Below, piece by piece: positions 17,105 to 26,013 of a stretch of 64,000 nt of DNA (the stretch's first letter is position 1; every line of letters starts with the position of its first letter). The stretch lies in assembly GCA_949292025.1 (NCBI GenBank), contig CASEYC010000097.1:24342-88341 (forward strand), read 5' to 3'. The translations under genes were made by a program, and so were the position numbers. The notes under the pieces were generated by a model. The model did not search any database and was not told where the DNA came from. It saw only the letters and a list, made by a program, of their open reading frames with translations. This DNA comes from an uncultured Bacteroides sp. Its GTDB lineage: Bacteria > Bacteroidota > Bacteroidia > Bacteroidales > Bacteroidaceae.

Positions 17105-17992
17105 ATGGTGAAAAAAGTGTGTATAGTTCTATCGTTATTCTTATTGTTATTGAGTTGTTCATACGTGGATGAACGTGGACAACAAATTGAAAAGATTGTG
17201 AGAGAATGGGAAGGCAAGACGATTATTTTCCCTTCCAACCTGAAATTCATATCCCAAGGGCAAGAAATTCCCTCCTTGCTGGATGGAAATTGGGACTATG
17301 CGATAGTTTCTTACACAGATTCTACTGGGTGTACTAGTTGCAAGTTACAATTAGATAGATGGAAAGATCTGATTGACAGAAGTGATTCTATTTTTGGTAG
17401 GAATATAATTTTCTTGTTTGTTATACATCCATTGGAGCGAGAAGATTTGTTGCGTATGCTGAGAGAGTATAAGTTTGATTACCCAATATGTATAGATGAA
17501 GATAATCTTTTTGATAGACAAAATGATTTACCCGATGATGATTTGTTTCGGACTTTCTTATTAAATAAAAAGAGGAAAGTTGTGGCAATAGGTAATCCTG
17601 TTTATAATCCTAAAATACGTGATTTATATGGGGATGTCATTCAAAATAGGAAACAGAGTAAAATACAATCAGGTAAAGAAGAATTATTTACTAAGGTTTC
17701 AATCTCATCTTTTAGTTTGTCGTTGGGTGGTTTCCCTTGGCAAGAGCCGCAATCCGCCACCCTCACCCTGACGAACACGGGCACCCGCCCCTTGGTCGTC
17801 CAGGACGTGGTCACCTCGTGCGGATGCCTGACGGTGGATTATCCCCGTGAGCCGGTGCGACCGGGCGGCGAGGCCGCGTTGCGCCTGACCTACAAGGCGG
17901 ACAACCCGGGCTACTTCCGCAAGACGGTGACGGTGTATGCCAATGCGGAAGAGGCACCGCTCAGGGTGCAGGTGTCCGGGAATGCGGAATAA
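17105..17992 (+). CDS. Thioredoxin-fold (TlpA-like, CxxC) lipoprotein fused to a C-terminal DUF1573 domain
   Basis: Lipobox LLLLSC at the 17105 start. CTSC motif in YTDSTGCTSCKLQL. C-terminal LTNTGTRPLVVQDVVTSCGCLTVDYP is DUF1573-like. A sharp AT-rich to GC-rich switch near 17745 coincides with the domain boundary. Confidence 0.7.
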   Translation: MVKKVCIVLSLFLLLLSCSYVDERGQQIEKIVREWEGKTIIFPSNLKFISQGQEIPSLLDGNWDYAIVSYTDSTGCTSCKLQLDRWKDLIDRSDSIFGRNIIFLFVIHPLEREDLLRMLREYKFDYPICIDEDNLFDRQNDLPDDDLFRTFLLNKKRKVVAIGNPVYNPKIRDLYGDVIQNRKQSKIQSGKEELFTKVSISSFSLSLGGFPWQEPQSATLTLTNTGTRPLVVQDVVTSCGCLTVDYPREPVRPGGEAALRLTYKADNPGYFRKTVTVYANAEEAPLRVQVSGNAE

Positions 17993-18015
17993 CCCTTTAT
18001 ATGCTCTGAGGCCCT

Positions 18016-18885
18016 ATGTTCCGTTTGCTGTTAAACCGTCTGTTGGACATCTGCTTCTGGCTCTGCGTGGCCTTGGCGGCCTACGTGGTGCTGCAGGTGT
18101 TCGTCATCACGTCGTTCCGCATTCCGTCAGACTCCATGCAGCCCGCCCTGTTGCCGGGTGACCGCATCTGGGTGGACAAGTTGTCCGGCGGCGCCCGCCT
18201 GTTCGACCTGTTGGGCGCGGCGGAGGGCGAGGACGTGCGCATCCGGCGCGTGCCGGGCTGGCGGAAGTTCCGGCGGGGCGACGTGCTGGTGTTCAACTTC
18301 CCCTACGGCGAGGGCCGGTGGGACAGCATCGCGCTGGACGTGATGAAGTACTACGTGAAGCGTTGCATCGCCGTGCCGGGCGACACGCTGGAGATTCGCG
18401 GCGGGTGGTACCGCATCCGCGGGGTGGACGCCCCCCTGGGCAACCCGGCGGCGCAGCGGGAGATAGCCCAACTGCCGGACAGCGGGGCGCCGGGCGTGGT
18501 GATGGAGACCTATCCTTGGAACAAGCGCCTGGGCTGGACAATCAAGGAGTTCGGCCCGCTGGTGGTGCCCCGCCGGGGGCAGACGGTGCGGATGGACAGC
18601 ACGGCGTGCCGCCTCTACCGCAACTTGGTGAACTGGGAGCAGAAACGCCCCCTGCATATCGACCGGGACGGGCGCACGTGGTTGGGCGACAGCCTGATAA
18701 CGCACTACACCTTCCGCGAGGACTACTACTTCGTGGGCGGCGACAAGGCCCTGAACTCGCAGGATTCCCGCTACTGGGGGCTGCTGCCCGGGCCGTACAT
18801 CGTGGGCCGCGCCTGGCGCGTGTGGTGGTCGGAAGACGCGGACGGACGGGTGAGGTGGGACCGGGTTATGAATAAGATAATGTAG
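18016..18885 (+). CDS. lepB: Signal peptidase I (S26 family)
   Basis: N-terminal TM. Catalytic Ser box IPSDSMQPALLPGD. Lys box YVKRCIAVPGD. GDKALNSQDSRYWG. Confidence 0.85.
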   Translation: MFRLLLNRLLDICFWLCVALAAYVVLQVFVITSFRIPSDSMQPALLPGDRIWVDKLSGGARLFDLLGAAEGEDVRIRRVPGWRKFRRGDVLVFNFPYGEGRWDSIALDVMKYYVKRCIAVPGDTLEIRGGWYRIRGVDAPLGNPAAQREIAQLPDSGAPGVVMETYPWNKRLGWTIKEFGPLVVPRRGQTVRMDSTACRLYRNLVNWEQKRPLHIDRDGRTWLGDSLITHYTFREDYYFVGGDKALNSQDSRYWGLLPGPYIVGRAWRVWWSEDADGRVRWDRVMNKIM

Positions 18886-18895
18886 AAAACGATAT

Positions 18896-18912
18896 AAGCA
18901 TTTTGAGATTTG
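18896..18912. repeat. Left arm of a perfect 17-bp inverted repeat bracketing peptide gene 2
   Basis: aagcattttgagatttg is the exact reverse complement of 19338..19354. Confidence 0.95.
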
Positions 18913-18953
18913 GTGAAGTTGATAATGATTAATTTAATATTTAAGTGAAGAAA

Positions 18954-19325
18954 ATGAAAAGAAAATTTGTTTATGTAGTATTTATTGCTGCTGTAGCGGC
19001 AATGGCGGTTTTTAACGTCAATTTATTAGTAAAAAATAATGTGAGTGATTTGCCTTCTTCCTTATTGGAATTGGAAGCTTTGGCTGAAGAGGAAAAGCAT
19101 GAGTGGAACGATTGGCCTTTATTTGGATCGCAAGGTTTTACTAAAGATGAGCGGGAAGAAAAAAGGCCCTGTCCCATAATAGAATCGGGAAGCGGAAATG
19201 TAAATGGTTCGTATGGTGGAGGTTCCGTAGGAGGCGGAGGCTCTCATTCACAAGTAAATCCCAACGAGAGATATGAAATAATATGTCCTTATGGTTATTC
19301 CAATTGCACATCCATAGGTTGTTAA
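18954..19325 (+). CDS. NVEALA-like small precursor peptide 2 (123 aa from ATG; Gly-rich, 4-Cys core)
   Basis: MKRKFVYVVFIAAVAAMAV anchor. VSDLPSSLLELEALA leader motif. Core contains PCP...GGGSVGGGGS...ICPYGYSNCTSIGC. Confidence 0.7.
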   Translation: MKRKFVYVVFIAAVAAMAVFNVNLLVKNNVSDLPSSLLELEALAEEEKHEWNDWPLFGSQGFTKDEREEKRPCPIIESGSGNVNGSYGGGSVGGGGSHSQVNPNERYEIICPYGYSNCTSIGC

Positions 19326-19337
19326 AATGAAGGAACG

Positions 19338-19354
19338 CAAATCTCAAAATGCTT
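19338..19354. repeat. Right arm of the 17-bp inverted repeat
   Basis: caaatctcaaaatgctt, 10 nt before the ATG at 19365. Confidence 0.95.
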
Positions 19355-19364
19355 TTAGAAGATA

Positions 19365-20606
19365 ATGGTTATGATTAGATTGTTAGTAGTATTTGCAGCC
19401 CTTGTGCTGTGCTTGTCTGGATGTGGCGGAGGCTCCCGGCAAGGATTCAACTTTACTGCCTCCGAGATAGCATCCCTTTGTTTGGATTCCACGGAACTTC
19501 TGCCGGCGGATGTGTCTTCCGCTGTGCGCGTGGATTTGAACCCGTTCCTGGGGGACAAGGAGTTTGAGTTTGGAAACTTGGTCCGTTCTTTGCGTTTCAT
19601 CCCGCTGGAAACAACTGATGCCAGCCTGTTGGCCAACATCTACAAGGTGGTGCTGACGGACCGTCATGTCTACGTGCATGACGACTTCAAGGGTGGAGGC
19701 CTTGTGATCTTTACTTCCAAGGGCAAGTTTGTCCGTCGCATTTCCCATGGCGGCGGGCCGGGCGAGTTGTACCAGTTGTCGGACATGGCGTATGACCCGT
19801 CCACGGACCGCCTGTTGGTTTACCAGCACCCGTTCTTGCTTTTTTATACAGCAGATGGGGAATACCTGGAGCAGAAGAAGTTGCCGTTTGGCTTCTACAA
19901 TTTCCAGCCTATCCCCGGCGGCTATGTGTTCAAGACGATAGACGGCGTGGGCAACCATCATTTGGGTGCAAAGCAGGACTATACGCTCCTGGTGACCGAC
20001 ACGACTTTCAGGCTGAGGCAGGCGGCACTTCCCGTCGCGCCGGACAAAACGCATTTTGGGGGATACCGTTATTTGTATGATGCCGAGGACGGTATCCGTG
20101 TGACCGGCAAATTCAACGATACCATCTATTGTTACGACCCCCTGCGCCATGACTTGGCGGCTGCGTGCGTGCTCGATTATTCCGACAAGAAACTGCCGGA
20201 CTCCCAAGTGAAGGACCCGCGGGGCGAGTTCACGGACATTTTGATGGGCAATGACTATTATTATTTCCTGGGTGAATGTTTGGAGACTCCTTCCCACCAG
20301 GTCTTTTTCTTGCGCAACGACTGGCGGAGACACAGGTTGGTGGTGTATCGGGACAAGCAGACGGGTGGAATGACCGGTGGCGCGACCTATCATTTTGACT
20401 TCCATGTGCTCCCTCCTGTGGGGTTCCCCAGGGCGACATACGGTGACAACTTCGTTTCTTTGCATTATCCCAATCCTCAGGATTCGTGCCTGCAATCCAG
20501 TCCTTTGATTTCGCCGGAGGATAAGCGGATGATAGCCGGGTTGAAGGCGGATGATAATCCTGTTTTGGCGTTGTTCCAGCTGAAAAGTATAGACGGGCAT
20601 GAATAA
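19365..20606 (+). CDS. 6-bladed beta-propeller lipoprotein, paralog 3
   Basis: Lipobox LVLCLSGC. GGGPGELY motif. C-terminal ADDNPVLALFQLK tail. Confidence 0.7.
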   Translation: MVMIRLLVVFAALVLCLSGCGGGSRQGFNFTASEIASLCLDSTELLPADVSSAVRVDLNPFLGDKEFEFGNLVRSLRFIPLETTDASLLANIYKVVLTDRHVYVHDDFKGGGLVIFTSKGKFVRRISHGGGPGELYQLSDMAYDPSTDRLLVYQHPFLLFYTADGEYLEQKKLPFGFYNFQPIPGGYVFKTIDGVGNHHLGAKQDYTLLVTDTTFRLRQAALPVAPDKTHFGGYRYLYDAEDGIRVTGKFNDTIYCYDPLRHDLAAACVLDYSDKKLPDSQVKDPRGEFTDILMGNDYYYFLGECLETPSHQVFFLRNDWRRHRLVVYRDKQTGGMTGGATYHFDFHVLPPVGFPRATYGDNFVSLHYPNPQDSCLQSSPLISPEDKRMIAGLKADDNPVLALFQLKSIDGHE

Positions 20607-21210
20607 ATTCCTGTGGATAGTGGCAGTAGTACTGCTGGTGATGAATGCCGTACTGGGTATCAATTACTGGCAGTATAAAAGGCAGGCTTCATTCCGATTG
20701 CAAGTGTTGCAGGGGGATATGAAGAGTTTGATACCCTTGCAAGAGAACTGGGAAAGTGCGATGGGTAATGATGGATATAGGCTTGATGGCATTCAAGGTA
20801 AGGATACGAATCATAACCTTGTGGGTTTGAATGAAATGTTTCTCAATCATGAGGATAAGATTCTGGTCTGCCGTTTTTCTGAATTGGATTGCGAAAGTTG
20901 TATAGACTATGCCATTAAGAGTATGAAAGAGTATAGTGCCCGGATGGGCATAGAGAACATTCTTTATTTAGGGAATTATCGGAATAACCGGATTTTTAAT
21001 CGTCAAAGAGCAATGTGTGGCATTGATTCATGCAGGTCTTTGAATGTTGCGAAGTTGGGACTTCCCATAGAGGATTTGAATCAGCCTTATTATTTCGTAC
21101 TGGACAGTTCTTTGCTCGTATCCAATGTTTTTATTCCAAATAAAACCACTCAAAGGATGTTGAATACATATTTTGATGTATTGTGTGACAAGTATTTTGC
21201 AGAGGAATAA
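20599..21210 (+). CDS. Membrane-anchored thioredoxin-fold protein (CxxC)
   Basis: N-terminal TM FLWIVAVVLLVMNAVLGI. CESC motif in CRFSELDCESCIDYAI. AT-rich. Overlaps the previous gene by 8 nt. Confidence 0.6.
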   Translation: MNKFLWIVAVVLLVMNAVLGINYWQYKRQASFRLQVLQGDMKSLIPLQENWESAMGNDGYRLDGIQGKDTNHNLVGLNEMFLNHEDKILVCRFSELDCESCIDYAIKSMKEYSARMGIENILYLGNYRNNRIFNRQRAMCGIDSCRSLNVAKLGLPIEDLNQPYYFVLDSSLLVSNVFIPNKTTQRMLNTYFDVLCDKYFAEE

Positions 21211-21222
21211 AAATTAAGTGAG

Positions 21223-23139
21223 ATGAACATACGGATGAGCTTATACGGATGTGTTTTGCTTACTCTGCTGGCCGCCTGCTCCTCCCCCTTGGACAGCCGC
21301 GTGTCCTCCGTCTTGGACTTTGCCGGCGACAACCGCGGCGAGCTGGAGGCCGTCCTGGACCACTACCGGGACGACCCGGAGAAGCAGCACGCCGCCCGCC
21401 TGCTGATAGCGGAGATGGAAGGGGCGTACTATTATGACGCGCCGGAGGTGGACAGCCTGAGGGCTGTGGTGAGGGACACCCGCTGGGCGGCCACCACGCC
21501 GGACCCGGAGCGGGCGGCGCGGTGGAAGGCGTTCGACTACCGGACGCTGCCCAAGCAGTATGACGCGCGGACACTGACGGCGGACTACCTGACGGAACAC
21601 ATCGACCGCGCGTTCGAGGCGTGGCGCAAGTGGCCTTGGGGCAGGCATTACACCTATGGGGACTTCTGCCGCTATATCCTGCCCTACCGCATCGGCGACG
21701 AGACGCCCGACCGCTGGATGGGGAGGTATGCCGATTACTTCGGCCACCTGCTGGACTCGCTCCACGTGGGCAACGACCCGGTGGTGGCGGCGGACACGGC
21801 GATGCGCCACATCGCGAAGCTGAGGTACTTCTATATGGCGGAATATGACACGCCCCACCTGGGGGCATCGCACCTGCTGGAAGTGCGGTCCGGTGGTTGC
21901 CGCGAGCATACGGACCTGCTGGTGTATGTGTTCCGTTCGCTGGGCATCCCGGCGACGAAAGATATGTTCCTCTGTGCGCCCGACTTCCGGCAATCGCACA
22001 CCTGGGCCGTGCTGAAGGACACCACGGGCCGCTTCATCCCCGTGGAGCTGACGGAGAACAAGGCGCCCAGGAACCTGCGCGGCTGGCAGAACCGCCGCAA
22101 CAAAGGCAAGGTCTACCGCCTGCACAACCTGCGGCTGGAGACGCCGGACTTCGCGGGCGACTATCATCGTGAAGACGTGACAGCCGAGTATTATTCTGCC
22201 AACCGGGTGGAAGTGCCCGGCGTGGAGACCGGCGGCGACGGCGTGCTGGCCGTGTTTGCATCGGAGGGCTGGAGACCGGTGGGCGGCTACCGCAAGCGGT
22301 GGGGCAAGGCCGTGGTGGAGAATGTGCAGGAAGGGATGGTTTTCCAGCCCCTGGCCGTGCGGGACGGGCAACTGCGCGAGAGTGGTTGGTCCTTCTTCGT
22401 GCGCGAAGGCCGGGCCGTGGTGCTAAGGCCGGACACGGCGCGGCGCGTCAGGGTGAGGCTGACGCGGAAATACCCCATTGGGTGGCGGCTGAAGGAGCGG
22501 CTGGACCAGGTGGCGGGCAACTGGCTGGAGGGCAGCAACGACCCGGCTTTCCGGACGGCGGACAGCCTGGACCGGGTGGACGGCAGCCGCATGGACGTGC
22601 TGGGGCGTTGTCTGTCCGTGCCTGCGGGCAGGGTTTACCGCTATCTGCGCTTATGGCCCGCCCCGGGGCGCGTGGTACACCTGGCCGAGCTGGAGTGTTT
22701 TGCCGACACGCTGGGACGGGAGCCGTTGCCCTATCGCATCGTGTCGTGCGGCACGCCCAATTATCTGGTGTCGGGCACGCAGTGGCCGGAGCATTTGCAC
22801 GATGGCGATGTCCTGAGCGTGTATCGGACCCAAGAGCGGGACGTGCCCGTGGTGGTGGACTTCGGATGTCCCGTGCCTTTGCGTGCCGTCGTGCTGACAC
22901 CGCACAACGATGACAACTTTGTGCGCCGGGGCGAGACCTACGAGCTGTTCTACCAAGACGGCGTGAACGGGTGGACTTCGCTGGGGCGGCAGGTGGCGGC
23001 GACTGGCTATTTGGAGTATGACAATGTGCCGGACAACGCCCTGCTGTGGCTGCGTGACCTGACGAAGGGGCGCGAGGAACAGGTGTTCCGCTGGGTGGAC
23101 GGACAGCAAGTATTCTTGGGGACGATGAAGGGAGGATGA
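21223..23139 (+). CDS. Transglutaminase-like (Cys-protease fold) lipoprotein with large C-terminal extension
   Basis: Lipobox LLTLLAAC. Core motif RSGGCREHTDLLVYVFRSLGIPA with downstream QSHTWAV. The C-terminal half may be discoidin-like (not verified). Confidence 0.7.
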   Translation: MNIRMSLYGCVLLTLLAACSSPLDSRVSSVLDFAGDNRGELEAVLDHYRDDPEKQHAARLLIAEMEGAYYYDAPEVDSLRAVVRDTRWAATTPDPERAARWKAFDYRTLPKQYDARTLTADYLTEHIDRAFEAWRKWPWGRHYTYGDFCRYILPYRIGDETPDRWMGRYADYFGHLLDSLHVGNDPVVAADTAMRHIAKLRYFYMAEYDTPHLGASHLLEVRSGGCREHTDLLVYVFRSLGIPATKDMFLCAPDFRQSHTWAVLKDTTGRFIPVELTENKAPRNLRGWQNRRNKGKVYRLHNLRLETPDFAGDYHREDVTAEYYSANRVEVPGVETGGDGVLAVFASEGWRPVGGYRKRWGKAVVENVQEGMVFQPLAVRDGQLRESGWSFFVREGRAVVLRPDTARRVRVRLTRKYPIGWRLKERLDQVAGNWLEGSNDPAFRTADSLDRVDGSRMDVLGRCLSVPAGRVYRYLRLWPAPGRVVHLAELECFADTLGREPLPYRIVSCGTPNYLVSGTQWPEHLHDGDVLSVYRTQERDVPVVVDFGCPVPLRAVVLTPHNDDNFVRRGETYELFYQDGVNGWTSLGRQVAATGYLEYDNVPDNALLWLRDLTKGREEQVFRWVDGQQVFLGTMKGG

Positions 23140-23146
23140 GGCCGGA

Positions 23147-24748
23147 ATGAAGAAAGGAATGACGATAGCAGGGTGGGGACTGGCGGCAGGTTTGCTGCTC
23201 TCGCTGGTCTGTGCCGATGACCCGACGCTGCCTTCCGGCGAGACTGTGGGGCAGTGGCTGTGGTTCGACCGGGCGGCGTTGTGTGCGGCGGCCTGCATCG
23301 GGCTGGGGTGCTGCTTCTGGCGGTGGGCGAAAGGCCCGGCGTTGGCGGCGGCAGTCTCGTGGGCCTTGGTGGGCTGGGCGGCGGTGCAGGCGGTCGTCGG
23401 GTTGGGCCAGTTGTATGGCTTTTCTGTTTCCGGCCATGCGCTCTATGCGTTGACGGGCAGCTTTTTCAATCCCGGACCCTATTCCGGCTATCTGGCGATG
23501 GCCCTGCCCGTGTGTTTGCACGAATACCTGTGCTGCCGGGACCGGTCGTCGGTGGGACGCTATGCGGCGGGGCTGTCCGGTCTGCTTATCCTCAGCGTGT
23601 TACCGGCGGGCATGAGCCGTTCGGCCTGGCTGGCGGCGGCTGTGTCGTGCCTGTGGGTGTACGGGTGCCATGCCGGTTGGGGCAGGCGGCTGCGGGCGTT
23701 CCGGCTGCGGAGGCCGGCTGTCTTCTGGGGCGCGGTGGGCGGCGTGCTGGCCTTGGCCTGTCTGTCCAGCCTGCTGCTGTACCAGTTGAAGCCCGATTCG
23801 GCTTTGGGGCGCCTCTTTATGTGGCGGATGTCCCTCCGTGCCGTGGCGGAACAGCCATGGACGGGGCACGGGACCGATGGATTTGCCGCTGCATACGGCG
23901 AAGCGCAGGAGGCTTATTTTGCCGCTGGCGGCTATGCCTCGTGGGAAGAGCGCGTGGCAGGCAGTCCGGAATATGCTTTCAACGAGTACTTGCAGGCGGT
24001 GGTGGAGCTGGGCGTGCCGTTGACCCTGTTGCTGCTGGCGGTGTTGTCTTGGGGCTGGTTCCGGGGGCTGCGGGCGGGGCGGCTGGGCTGTTGCGGGGCT
24101 TTGCTGTCGTTGGGTGTTTTCGCCTGTTCGTCCTATCCGCTGCAGTTGCCCGTGTTCGTCGTGACGGGGGCTTGCCTGTGGGCGGCTTGCGTGTGCAGCG
24201 GCAGTTGGCGTGGCTGGTTGGCGGTGGCCGTGGTGGCCGGGGGCATGGGCGCGTGGCGCCTGTCCAATGACCGGGCGGGGGTGGCGGCTTGCCGGGAATG
24301 GATGAATGCGCGGGTGTTGTATCAGGCGGGGGCGTATGCCTCGGCTGAAAAGGAATATGCGCGGCTGTATCCGGTGCTGAAGGACCGGGCGGCGTTCCTC
24401 TTCGAATACGGGCACGGGCTGCACCGGCAGGAGAAACATGCGGCCTCCAACCGGATTCTGGCCGAGGCCCTGCAACGCAGTTGCGACCCGATGATCCTGA
24501 ACGTGATGGGGAAGAACTTCCAGGCCTTGGGCGACGGGCGGCAGGCGGAGCACTGCTTCCTGCGGGCAGTCCACCGCTTGCCGGGGCGGATTTATCCGTA
24601 CTACCTGCTGGCCCGGTTGTATGCTTCGCCGATGTACCGCAATCCGGAGAAGCTGGCGAGGATGAAGCGGGTGGTGCTGACTAAGACGCCGAAAGTGGAG
24701 TCTGCGGCCATCCGGGAAATGCGGGAGGAAGTGGAGAAACTGGAGTGA
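23147..24748 (+). CDS. O-antigen-ligase (Wzy_C)-like polytopic membrane protein with C-terminal TPR domain
   Basis: About 10 hydrophobic segments. Loop motif PEYAFNEYLQAVVELGVP resembles the Wzy_C signature. C-terminal TPR-like repeats (YQAGAYASAEKEYARLY...). Confidence 0.65.
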   Translation: MKKGMTIAGWGLAAGLLLSLVCADDPTLPSGETVGQWLWFDRAALCAAACIGLGCCFWRWAKGPALAAAVSWALVGWAAVQAVVGLGQLYGFSVSGHALYALTGSFFNPGPYSGYLAMALPVCLHEYLCCRDRSSVGRYAAGLSGLLILSVLPAGMSRSAWLAAAVSCLWVYGCHAGWGRRLRAFRLRRPAVFWGAVGGVLALACLSSLLLYQLKPDSALGRLFMWRMSLRAVAEQPWTGHGTDGFAAAYGEAQEAYFAAGGYASWEERVAGSPEYAFNEYLQAVVELGVPLTLLLLAVLSWGWFRGLRAGRLGCCGALLSLGVFACSSYPLQLPVFVVTGACLWAACVCSGSWRGWLAVAVVAGGMGAWRLSNDRAGVAACREWMNARVLYQAGAYASAEKEYARLYPVLKDRAAFLFEYGHGLHRQEKHAASNRILAEALQRSCDPMILNVMGKNFQALGDGRQAEHCFLRAVHRLPGRIYPYYLLARLYASPMYRNPEKLARMKRVVLTKTPKVESAAIREMREEVEKLE

Positions 24749-24864
24749 AATGAGGAGGCTGTAAATTTTTCTACGGGAAATGGATGGTAAGTTGGAAATA
24801 AATGTTTTCCTTTGCAGAAAGATTGAAATAAACAAATTTACGAATAAATAGAAAGAATAACGAT

Positions 24865-25962
24865 ATGGGTTCATCTTGTAGGAAAATGTGTTTTGGATGC
24901 TGCGTGGCGGCACTGGTGGTACTGGCTGTGGCTTGTGCCGGCAACCGGGAAGACAATCCCGCGGACGAAGGCGGTGTGAGTGCCGTGTTGCCGGACGAAG
25001 AAAACCGGGTGACGGTGCAGGTGTTGCAGTTGCAGGACTTTGAACATGAGCTGGTGAGCAATGGGAAGCTACAGGCGGGACAACAGGCCGACCTGAAGTT
25101 CGAGACCCAGGGCGTGTTGTCGGCAGTCTATGTGAAGAACGGCGAGACCGTGCGCAAGGGCCAGAAGTTGGCCGAACTGGACAAGTTCGTGTTGGCACGC
25201 AAGACGGCGCAGGCGCGGGATGCTATGGAGCAGTCCCGTCTGGAGATGCAGGACGTGCTGATAGGCCAAGGCTACACGGCGGAAGATTCGGCCCAAGTGC
25301 CGGCAGAAGTAATGCGCCTGGCCCGGGTGAAAAGCGGCTACGACCGCAGCATTGCGGACTATGAACTGGCCCGGCGTGAGGAGGAGAACGCTACGCTGAC
25401 TGCCCCCTTCGACGGCGTGGTGGCCAACCTCTTTGCCAAGCCTTTCAATGAACCGGATGCCTCGGAACCGTTCTGTACGGTGGTGGGCACGCGCGGCATG
25501 GAGGTGGACTTCACCGTGCTGGAGAACGAGTTGCCTCTGCTGAAGGCTGGCGATCGCGTGGAGGTATCCCCGTATGCGGATGCGTCGTCGGCGTATGCCG
25601 GGCGTGTCACGGAAATCAATCCGTTGGTGGACGAGAAAGGTATGGTGCGCGTCCGGGCCGTGGTGGACGGGCGTGGGGGACGGCTGTTCAGCGGTATGAA
25701 CGTGCGGGTCAGCGTGCGCCGCTCGCTGGGCAAGCAACTGGTAATCCCGAAGAGTGCCGTGGTGCTTCGCTCGGGCAAGCAGGTGGTGTTCACGCTGGTG
25801 GACGGTAAAGCTTTCTGGCACTATGTGCAGACCGGACTGGAGAACTCGGACAGCTATGTCGTGTCGGGCGAGACCCTGAAAGAAGGAGATACCGTGATTG
25901 TGAGCGGTAACGTGAATTTGGCGCACGAGACGCCGGTGACGGTGACAGAGAATGAAGAATGA
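24865..25962 (+). CDS. RND efflux periplasmic adaptor (MFP) lipoprotein
   Basis: Lipobox VLAVAC. Lipoyl/hairpin/beta-barrel pattern (LTAPFDGVVANL, YAGRVTEINPLVD). Confidence 0.8.
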   Translation: MGSSCRKMCFGCCVAALVVLAVACAGNREDNPADEGGVSAVLPDEENRVTVQVLQLQDFEHELVSNGKLQAGQQADLKFETQGVLSAVYVKNGETVRKGQKLAELDKFVLARKTAQARDAMEQSRLEMQDVLIGQGYTAEDSAQVPAEVMRLARVKSGYDRSIADYELARREEENATLTAPFDGVVANLFAKPFNEPDASEPFCTVVGTRGMEVDFTVLENELPLLKAGDRVEVSPYADASSAYAGRVTEINPLVDEKGMVRVRAVVDGRGGRLFSGMNVRVSVRRSLGKQLVIPKSAVVLRSGKQVVFTLVDGKAFWHYVQTGLENSDSYVVSGETLKEGDTVIVSGNVNLAHETPVTVTENEE

Positions 25963-26011
25963 GGAATGAAGAATACCATTAACCATTGATCATTAGCCAT
26001 TAACCATTATT
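25950..26011. repeat. Two abutting heptad tracts: GAATGAR x3-4, then CATTRRY x5, ending 2 nt before the RND ATG
   Basis: gaatgaa/gaatgag/gaatgaa/gaatacc, then cattaac/cattgat/cattagc/cattaac/cattatt. Confidence 0.85.
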
Positions 26012-26013
26012 AT

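Noticed and set aside
18945-18953. GTG start for peptide gene 2 used by the ORF track
   Set aside because: The ATG at 18954 gives the MKRK… N-terminus, parallel to MKKK… of peptide 1. The difference is 3 codons and either start remains possible.
19383-20663. 426-aa minus-strand ORF antisense to propeller gene 3
   Set aside because: It has no signal peptide or motifs. The plus-strand frame has a lipobox and motifs shared with its paralogs.
23254-25198. Alternative-frame and antisense ORFs over the Wzy-like gene (23254..24270 +, 23600..25198 -)
   Set aside because: The translations are Arg/Gly/Pro-rich low-complexity sequence. The chosen frame gives a coherent polytopic membrane protein with a TPR tail.
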